Under the pieces are notes generated by a model that had not been told where the DNA came from, did no database searches, and saw only the letters and a list, made by a program, of their open reading frames with translations. 26,028 nucleotides of DNA from a virus (lineage: Duplodnaviria > Caudoviricetes). The translations under genes and the position numbers were made by a program. Below are positions 16,700-23,169 of this stretch, piece by piece; positions within the stretch are counted from its first letter, which is position 1, and the number at the start of each line of letters is the position of its first letter. The stretch spans positions 1 to 26,028 of IMG/VR virus record IMGVR_UViG_3300047476_001619; one strand, given 5' to 3'.

Positions 16700-16822
16700 A
16701 TGAATTATTTAATTTTCGATGCAGTATTGTTTGTTCTTGTTGCTCCTTTGTATGTTCAGCTTTATTTGGTTGGCAGGACATTGAAATCATTGACTCGTAA
16801 GACAGCTAAATTGGTGGAGTAG
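16700..16822 (+). CDS. 40 aa single-TM protein (start revised to 16700)
   Basis: SD aagga; MNYLIFDAVLFVLVAPLYVQLYLVGR...; TGGTATACT upstream. Confidence 0.55.
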   Translation: MNYLIFDAVLFVLVAPLYVQLYLVGRTLKSLTRKTAKLVE

Positions 16823-16826
16823 AGTT

Positions 16827-16955
16827 ATGTGGGAAAAAACTATTATTATTGTTTTAGTCACTTGGTTTATTACTTTGCCATTTACTCTTTATATTAATTA
16901 TCGTTTGGATCGTCTTATAAAGATGTTGGATAAATCAATTACAGACCGACCATAA
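16827..16955 (+). CDS. Putative 42 aa single-TM protein
   Basis: SD ggag; MWEKTIIIVLVTWFITLPFTLYINYRLDRLIKMLDKSITDRP; followed by a terminator. Confidence 0.55.
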   Translation: MWEKTIIIVLVTWFITLPFTLYINYRLDRLIKMLDKSITDRP

Positions 16956-16958
16956 GAT

Positions 16959-16985
16959 AAATCCCATCAGAAATGATGGGATTTT
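16959..16985 (+). terminator. Intrinsic terminator
   Basis: aaatcccatca/tgatgggattt followed by a T-rich tract. Confidence 0.75.
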
Positions 16986-17006
16986 GTTTTTAAGGTAAAA
17001 TAAATT

Positions 17007-17321
17007 ATGACTGAACGTGAGTGGATAGAAAAGATTAAAAAAGAATGTGTCTTGAATGTTGGTAATTTTGACACTCGTTATGCTATTCAATTAGTTGGGA
17101 GAAGTGGGAGTAAGATTGGTCTTGTTTCTCTCAATAAGCGTTTTATGAGTGTTGATGTTATTGATAAGTTAAAATATGAGCGTTTTTATGATAAATTTTA
17201 TTCTAGAAATGATAAGGATGTTCGAGCCCCTTTAGTTATTGATTATCATATAGAGCACAACATTGGTAAAAATGGATTTAAAGAGCTTTGGGATTTTTAT
17301 TATAAGAAAGTAAAGAAATGA
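17007..17321 (+). CDS. Hypothetical protein
   Basis: 104 aa; TAAAAT 5 nt upstream of the ATG. Confidence 0.7.
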   Translation: MTEREWIEKIKKECVLNVGNFDTRYAIQLVGRSGSKIGLVSLNKRFMSVDVIDKLKYERFYDKFYSRNDKDVRAPLVIDYHIEHNIGKNGFKELWDFYYKKVKK

Positions 17322-17533
17322 AATATAAATACACTATAGAGGGTAAAAATGGCAGAATTGGGGGCTCGAATAGTGATTATAATTGGATACTTAAAGAAAG
17401 AGATGCAATTATGAAAGCTATTTTTCCTAATTTTGTATTGAGTGAGAAATTGAATGATCTTGTAAATAGTCCAGATTATTTAGTTTATGAGTTTGGAGAT
17501 GAAAAAGTTTATTTTAAAATAGAAAAGGAGTAA
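17318..17533 (+). CDS. Hypothetical protein
   Basis: 71 aa, ATGA overlap. Confidence 0.65.
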   Translation: MKYKYTIEGKNGRIGGSNSDYNWILKERDAIMKAIFPNFVLSEKLNDLVNSPDYLVYEFGDEKVYFKIEKE

Positions 17534-17536
17534 ATT

Positions 17537-17803
17537 ATGGAAGTTACTATTATTTTATCTTGGTTATTTATTTTAGTTATTGGATATTTATGTGGCAAGT
17601 GGGCATCAAAGAAGGGATATAACTTCTGGGCTTGGTTTTTTGGGGGTAGTGTATTGGGAGCTGTTGTAATTGCTTGTCTTCCTAATGTGAATGATATGGA
17701 AGAGAGTAAGAGAGAAAAGCAAGTTCTTGTTGGCAATACTATCGGAATTGTTATGGCAGTAATTGCTTTCTTATTAGGATTTATGACTAATCTTCCTAAG
17801 TAA
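17537..17803 (+). CDS. Small three-TM membrane protein
   Basis: WASKKGYNFWAWFF...GAVVIACLP; SD aaggag. Confidence 0.75.
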   Translation: MEVTIILSWLFILVIGYLCGKWASKKGYNFWAWFFGGSVLGAVVIACLPNVNDMEESKREKQVLVGNTIGIVMAVIAFLLGFMTNLPK

Positions 17804-17830
17804 AAAAGGGGAGCTTTGCTCCCCTTTTTT
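17802..17830. terminator. Bidirectional intrinsic terminator
   Basis: aaaaaaggggagc-ttt-gctcccctttttt between convergent genes. Confidence 0.88.
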
Positions 17831-18236
17831 AGTCTTCATATTGATCGTAATAATCATCATCGTCAGGCATTGGAACATTAAAATTTTCTTCTGCAGCGAA
17901 ATGACAATAAGATAAATCTGAATGAGCAATAAGTAGTTTCATCATTGTTTCATAGAGAGCTGGATCTGTGCAATATGGTGTGTAGAGTTGTGCTACTTTA
18001 TCGTAATTAAGTAAGAGAAACTTTTGATTATTTAAACTAACAATGAAAAATTTATTTAGTGGAGTTTCTGCTGTGAATGCTTGTAATCCAGGAACATTTT
18101 TCTTTAGCATTTCCCAATCAATTCCAAGATTGTTTTGAGCAGGAAAAATACTTCTTCCCCAATCTTTTATGGTAAGAACTTGTTGAATATCAAAAGAAGA
18201 TTGTCTTGGTAAATTATAAATATCAATTATTTTCAT
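17829..18236 (-). CDS. Hypothetical protein (start revised to 18236)
   Basis: MKIIDIYNLPRQ start avoids overlap with the divergent gene; GGTATAAT upstream; acidic tail. Confidence 0.65.
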   Translation of the reverse strand: MKIIDIYNLPRQSSFDIQQVLTIKDWGRSIFPAQNNLGIDWEMLKKNVPGLQAFTAETPLNKFFIVSLNNQKFLLLNYDKVAQLYTPYCTDPALYETMMKLLIAHSDLSYCHFAAEENFNVPMPDDDDYYDQYED

Positions 18237-18275
18237 CTTATTTGCATTATACCTGATGTGTGGTATGCTATCCTT

Positions 18276-18458
18276 ATGAAGCATACAATTACTATCATTG
18301 ACGAGAATTTTGAAGAGAAAAGTCTTGAAATGACTTATGCTCAATTGAAAGAACTTAATCGTTGGTTAAATATATATTTAAACACTGGCAAAACAATCGA
18401 ATATAAGAAAGAAAGAAATTCTAATAAAATTGTTGATGTAAAGCTTGCACAGATGTAA
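18276..18458 (+). CDS. Hypothetical protein (start revised to 18276)
   Basis: TTGCAT...TGGTATGCT, then 6 nt, then ATG; MKHTITIIDENFEEK. Confidence 0.6.
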   Translation: MKHTITIIDENFEEKSLEMTYAQLKELNRWLNIYLNTGKTIEYKKERNSNKIVDVKLAQM

Positions 18459-18511
18459 GTTGTGGTATAATTAGAGTGTAAGAGAAATACTTACAAATAA
18501 AAATTGAATAT

Positions 18512-18818
18512 GCCTCGTTAGCTCAGTGGAATTTAGAGCATCCGCCTTTTGAGGATCATATAATAATATGGTCATTTGGAGCCTTTGTAGAGAATAATAA
18601 TCTATAGAGTGGATGGTACTGTATCGGTGAAAGCTAAGTAGAAATATATGCTAATACCGAGGGAAGTTGAGAAGAAATTCTTTAACCCCGTAGAGACTAT
18701 ACGTACCACACCTGAAATGGTGAAGATATAGTCCAGACCACAAACATAGAAATATGGTAGTGAAAACTATAGTGGTAAGCTAAGCGGAGGGTCAGTGGTT
18801 CGAGCCCACTACGAGGTA
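18512..18818 (+). tRNA. trnR: tRNA-Arg(UCU), split by a group I intron (exons 18512-18548 and 18780-18818)
   Basis: Joined exons: acceptor GCCTCGT/ACGAGGT, D arm GCTC/GAGC with A20 (Arg identity element), anticodon stem TCCGC/GCGGA with loop CT-T^CT-AA, T arm AGTGG-TTCGAGC-CCACT. TGTGGTATAAT promoter upstream. Confidence 0.88.
18549..18779 (+). ncRNA. Group I intron, 231 nt, ORF-less
   Basis: P TATCGGTGAAA pairs with Q AATACCGAG; R CGTAGAGACTA; S AAGATATAGTCC; terminal G. 3' region nearly identical to the Asn intron. P1 pairing is less clear, so the 5' boundary is set by the 7-nt anticodon loop. Confidence 0.88.
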
Positions 18819-18823
18819 TCAAT

Positions 18824-18855
18824 AAAATCCCATCTGGTTAGGATGGGATTTATTT
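18824..18855 (+). terminator. Intrinsic terminator after tRNA-Arg
   Basis: aaatcccatc/gatgggattt; same stem as the 16959 terminator. Confidence 0.7.
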
Positions 18856-18913
18856 CTTAAACGCAAGTATTTCTAATTTATCAATAAGAATATTACTCTT
18901 GGAGGATATTCTT

Positions 18914-19021
18914 ATGAAATTAAAATTATCACCAATGGAGTTGATAATTTGCTTAATGGTGATATTAACATTATTAGCAATTTTTATGCCTATATTTTAT
19001 CTAGCTTGGTCAACTTTTTAA
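18914..19021 (+). CDS. 35 aa micropeptide resembling a type IV prepilin N-terminal helix
   Basis: SD ggagg; MKLKLSPMELIICLMVILTLLAIFMPIFYLAWSTF. Confidence 0.6.
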   Translation: MKLKLSPMELIICLMVILTLLAIFMPIFYLAWSTF

Positions 19022-19389
19022 TCTTCAGAGATAGAATAAGATATGCAAGTTACAGGAGATCCAAAACCCTGTAAATATCTAACTTTGACCGAATTGATAT
19101 ATCTTGTTTTATCATCAGGAACAATTTCGGCTCTTACTAAAAGATCTACTAATGGTTTGATTATATTGTCAGCATCACATTTCATTTTCCATTTATAGTC
19201 TGCCATTATAAGTATTTCGACATCTATAGGAAACTCTGTAGCTGGAAGAAGATTATCTTTTATTATAGAAGTATTCTTTTCTATCCAGTCATTGTACTTT
19301 TTGCTTTTTACCATTTTCCCACGAGCAATTGGAGCGTACATTTTGTTTGCTGAAAATGGTTCTTCTATAGTACAAGACTTCTTAAGCAT
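19018..19389 (-). CDS. rusA: RusA-like Holliday junction resolvase
   Basis: PFSANKMY...KSKKY..W and DADNIIKPLVDLL...IVPDD match the RusA D.DN..K...D.L......DD motif. Confidence 0.8.
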   Translation of the reverse strand: MLKKSCTIEEPFSANKMYAPIARGKMVKSKKYNDWIEKNTSIIKDNLLPATEFPIDVEILIMADYKWKMKCDADNIIKPLVDLLVRAEIVPDDKTRYINSVKVRYLQGFGSPVTCISYSISED

Positions 19390-19437
19390 ATTAGATTTGT
19401 ACAGGTGGAACTAGCTTGGAAAGAAAAAATTATTATT

Positions 19438-20526
19438 ATGTGGTATAGAATAGCTCAACAATTACAACTTCCTGGATTAGATGTAGAAAAATCTGCGCCT
19501 AAAAGCAAAGTAACATCAGAACCAAAAGAAAAAGCTCCAGAACTTTTAGAAACTCAAAAAGAACCTAAAAGTTTATTCTTTAGTGATTGGGCTAAAGATC
19601 ATTACGTTCCTCATCAACCTGTCTATCACGGAACAACACACGAATTTGATAGATTTGATATAAACAAAGGTGTGTCATCTAATGCTTTTGGTCAAGGATT
19701 TTATTTTACTAGTGATGAAAGAGATGCCACTGAAAATTACACTGGTTCTGGGCCTGATCAAAAAGCAAAAATTACAGATCTAGAATATAAATTGATGGAT
19801 GAAAATGATGAAGACGCTTATTATCTATGGAACTTGTATGGTGATGATCCAAGATACCGCCCTTATTTTAACGAAGACGGGACTGTTGCAAGCCTTCAAT
19901 ACTTAGTAGAAAAAATTGCAAATGATACTGTTTTAGGTGCCAATAAGTCAAGAGTAATTCCAGCTCATATAAGAATGAAAAATCCATTGCACTTGACATC
20001 AGAAGGCGATACAGAACATCCAGAAAAAACTTTTGTTGATGATACAGATGAGACACTAGAGTTTTTTAATGAAAACGATGTTGATGAGTCTGATAATAAT
20101 TCTTATAAGACAGTAATTATGAAACTTCACAATATTTTATTAGATTATATGGATTCAGATGAAGCATATCAAATTTGTGAAGATTTGATACAGTATACAA
20201 CTGGATCTGTTGATGGTGCAGTTTCTGCAGTTATGATGATGAATAGTCTTAAGGGATCTTTAGCAACTTTTGACAATGATAATGACACAGATTATAAGGG
20301 TGAAATTATTCAAAGATTTTTAAATTCAATAGGGTACGACAGTATAATTATGAATCCTAATGAATTTTTCAGAATGTATTCAAAAGAAAAACCTATCAAG
20401 CACTATATTACTTGGGATCCTGAAAATATAAAACACGCTAGAGAAAATCTTGAATTTGATCCAAGCAATCCTGTTATCACTGCTAATAGTGGTAGAATTA
20501 ATTTATGGAAGAATTCTTTGCTGTAG
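19438..20526 (+). CDS. ADP-ribosyltransferase-like (ART-PolyVal-type) domain protein (start revised to 19438)
   Basis: VYHGTTHEFDRFD...FGQGFYFTSD...A.NY, VIPAHIRMKNPL, GYDSII and WDPENIK. Starts MWYRIAQ. Confidence 0.7.
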   Translation: MWYRIAQQLQLPGLDVEKSAPKSKVTSEPKEKAPELLETQKEPKSLFFSDWAKDHYVPHQPVYHGTTHEFDRFDINKGVSSNAFGQGFYFTSDERDATENYTGSGPDQKAKITDLEYKLMDENDEDAYYLWNLYGDDPRYRPYFNEDGTVASLQYLVEKIANDTVLGANKSRVIPAHIRMKNPLHLTSEGDTEHPEKTFVDDTDETLEFFNENDVDESDNNSYKTVIMKLHNILLDYMDSDEAYQICEDLIQYTTGSVDGAVSAVMMMNSLKGSLATFDNDNDTDYKGEIIQRFLNSIGYDSIIMNPNEFFRMYSKEKPIKHYITWDPENIKHARENLEFDPSNPVITANSGRINLWKNSLL

Positions 20527-20867
20527 TTTTCATTGAATGTATGATGGAAAACAATAGATGTTTTTCAGAAAAAGATTTTTATAATTTATTGGCCACACAA
20601 AGACTAGATTCTTCAAAAATAAATTTCAATCAATTGATGGAAGAATTTCTTATAGAATTTGAATTAAATTCATATGAAAAGATAGATAATATTTGGCAGC
20701 CTAAGGGAAAATTTATTTCTCACAAAGCTATCCACAACATTATAGATGAATTAGAATTACATTTAGAAGTGGAAAATTCATTAGGCGGATTTTACGAAAC
20801 TAGTTGTGATGTAGTTCAAAAAATCAATAATTATCTTTGGTTATGTGAAAAAGAAGCCGCCCAATAA
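20505..20867 (+). CDS. Hypothetical protein
   Basis: 120 aa ORF followed by a terminator. Confidence 0.65.
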   Translation: MEEFFAVVFIECMMENNRCFSEKDFYNLLATQRLDSSKINFNQLMEEFLIEFELNSYEKIDNIWQPKGKFISHKAIHNIIDELELHLEVENSLGGFYETSCDVVQKINNYLWLCEKEAAQ

Positions 20868-20885
20868 AGGGGGGCTTCTTTTTTT
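20848..20885 (+). terminator. Intrinsic terminator
   Basis: aaaaagaagccgcc/ggggcttcttttttt hairpin with a long T tract. Confidence 0.7.
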
Positions 20886-20902
20886 ATAAGAAATTTATTC
20901 AT

Positions 20903-21367
20903 ATGTACGCCAATTTGTTATTAAAAATCGCACAAAAGTTAGACACTTCCCAAGAATATAAATTGGCAGACAAAATTGAACGTATTGCACAAGATATGTC
21001 AATTCCATTTTATATGTATCCAACACAGCAAAAAGATACCTATAAAAATAGAATTCCAATGAAAGAAAATTTCGTGCAAGATTCCAAAGTAGAAATTGAT
21101 AATAAATTTGGACAAGACGCAAAAATATATCTTCAGCAAATGATAAGGGATCCATTACTATTTGATCATCCGCAATCAAAAATAATGTTGGATACGATAA
21201 TGAATGATCCAACTTACAAAATGGATAAATCATCATTTGTAAAGATGATTAATGAATATAGAAATCATTACGAAAAACTTAATGAAAGCAGAAATGATGT
21301 AAAAGCTCTATCAGAATTAGAACCAGAACTTCATAAACATTTAGATAATATGGTGAGTAAATTATAA
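20903..21367 (+). CDS. Hypothetical protein with N-terminal KIAQKLD...YKLADK motif
   Basis: 154 aa; motif shared with two other proteins in this window. Confidence 0.75.
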   Translation: MYANLLLKIAQKLDTSQEYKLADKIERIAQDMSIPFYMYPTQQKDTYKNRIPMKENFVQDSKVEIDNKFGQDAKIYLQQMIRDPLLFDHPQSKIMLDTIMNDPTYKMDKSSFVKMINEYRNHYEKLNESRNDVKALSELEPELHKHLDNMVSKL

Positions 21368-23166
21368 TGTGGTATTACAGAACAGTTTTAGCTGCAATTG
21401 AAGATGCAATAAATGCACTACAGTCAAAAGGTGTCAATGAAGCAATAATTCAATTTGTTCACTCCTTACCTGATAATCAAAAAGGTAAAGCTATTGGTGC
21501 TTTGAATCAAAACCCCTCAATGATGATAGATGACTTGAAAAATCTATTTCAATCTGGATATAGACCATCAACTCAAGAATTGCAATTAACTGCAGATTAT
21601 GATCCAAGATTTAAGAGCTGGGCATTGCATCAATATAAACTCTTAAGAGCTAATAAACTAAATGATGATCCCAAAGATGATAGGTGGGTATATAAATATC
21701 TTCCAAGCGAAATAAAAGATAAAATTGATGAAGTACACGACTTTTATAGAGCACACGTTTTAGATAATCCTAATTATAATATTGGAACTAAATCATTCGA
21801 AGAAGCTTATGAAGATTCTAATGAGTGGCATAGAGCAATATCTGAAAGAGGATCAGGAAAATTCTATCTACCTTTTGTTAGAGATGAATCTGGAAATATA
21901 GTTGACGAAAAAATTGTTCATAGATTTGATGATGGTTCTATGATGGTTAGAGTTGAAGATCCAAACGATTTAGATGTCGAAGGTAATTTTATGCATCATT
22001 GTGTTGGATCATATGCAAGACAAGTAGAATCTGGAGATTGTACTATATATTCCTTGAGAAGTAAGTTCAATCAGCCTCAAGCAACAATTGAAGTTGGCAG
22101 AGATGGAACAGTAAAACAAATCAAAGGCCCACACAATTCAGAAATTCACGATGATGATTTAGTTGAAAAAATAAGTGATTTCTTTGAAGGTAGAGATGAT
22201 ATTAATAAAACTGCTGGAAATAGTCTCACACATCAAAGAGCGGAAGAATGGTACTCGGGAGAAGTGGAATGGGAAAATGGTCCTGATGAAATTAAATATG
22301 GTATTCACGAATTTGCTTATGGACCATACCTTGAAGGATATTATGACGAAGAAGCTGATGGAGATTTTTCAAGATTTGGCATACACGGAAATTCTTGGGA
22401 AAATAAAGACCAAGAAGAATTTGAAGAAAATAATCTTAGAAATTTAGATACAGATGAATTAGTTGATCAAACTGTTACTCAAATTAAAGACGCAGTAGAT
22501 GGAAAAAGAACTTATGGCAAAATTTATCAACTTGAAGATTATGATTTTGAAGACTTAGCAAAAACAATTGTTGATATTGCTTATAAACAATTAGAATCTG
22601 TAATTGATAGAGAAGATAACTTAACTGATGAGTATTTGGCTAGAATAAGTGGTTATTTAACAAAAGAAGATATTGAAAATTATAAATATCAAAGAATAAG
22701 GCAAATATTAGGAAATAATTCATTATTGAGTTTATTATATAATTTTGCCAAACATTATTCTGGATGGGAAGAATATGTCAGAACACCAGATTCAGAAGAT
22801 TATGAGCATTTAGGTGATTCAGACTCTTATGGCAGAAGAGCTATGCAATTAATGAGAGATTCTGAAGATAAATTACGTCTTGAAATTGCAAAACTTATTT
22901 ATGAAACTTATCAAGATCATCCAGTAGTTAAGAAATTTGAAGAAACATTTAATACAAAGTTTATTCTTCCTGAAATTTCAACAATTGAAGAGGGAGAACA
23001 CAGAGCTCAAATGAGACACTTAACTTCTCAATATACAGATCCAAGTCAATTAAGATTCCAAGATCTTCCAGAAGGTGAATCTTTCAATTTAGCAAGACAT
23101 AAAAAGAAACAAAAGCAATATGACACTGATGGAGAAGAACTTGTTCTACCAGATGATTTTGAATAA
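21367..23166 (+). CDS. PcfJ-like domain protein with acidic C-terminal half
   Basis: DLDVEGNFMHHCVGSY...V.SG...IYSLR....PQATIEV...VKQIKG..N matches the PcfJ-like pattern. Starts MWYYRTVLA. Confidence 0.78.
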   Translation: MWYYRTVLAAIEDAINALQSKGVNEAIIQFVHSLPDNQKGKAIGALNQNPSMMIDDLKNLFQSGYRPSTQELQLTADYDPRFKSWALHQYKLLRANKLNDDPKDDRWVYKYLPSEIKDKIDEVHDFYRAHVLDNPNYNIGTKSFEEAYEDSNEWHRAISERGSGKFYLPFVRDESGNIVDEKIVHRFDDGSMMVRVEDPNDLDVEGNFMHHCVGSYARQVESGDCTIYSLRSKFNQPQATIEVGRDGTVKQIKGPHNSEIHDDDLVEKISDFFEGRDDINKTAGNSLTHQRAEEWYSGEVEWENGPDEIKYGIHEFAYGPYLEGYYDEEADGDFSRFGIHGNSWENKDQEEFEENNLRNLDTDELVDQTVTQIKDAVDGKRTYGKIYQLEDYDFEDLAKTIVDIAYKQLESVIDREDNLTDEYLARISGYLTKEDIENYKYQRIRQILGNNSLLSLLYNFAKHYSGWEEYVRTPDSEDYEHLGDSDSYGRRAMQLMRDSEDKLRLEIAKLIYETYQDHPVVKKFEETFNTKFILPEISTIEEGEHRAQMRHLTSQYTDPSQLRFQDLPEGESFNLARHKKKQKQYDTDGEELVLPDDFE

Positions 23167-23169
23167 AAA

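Noticed and set aside
18541-18790. Reading the second split tRNA as Lys(UUU) or as an amber suppressor (CUA)
   Set aside because: Lys would need the intron to end in T rather than G. CUA would give a 6-nt loop. Arg(UCU) gives a 7-nt loop, a U at the 5' splice site, a terminal G and fits A20.
16959-18855. Repeated aaatcccatc/gatgggattt sequence as a mobile element end
   Set aside because: Both copies are short hairpins directly after genes and are explained as similar terminators.
19402-20902. Possible second promoter class (AGG...AGAAW) upstream of 19438, 20903 and 11986
   Set aside because: Only three examples, spacing varies from about 14 to 18 nt, and the background is AT-rich. Not supportable without genome-wide motif analysis.
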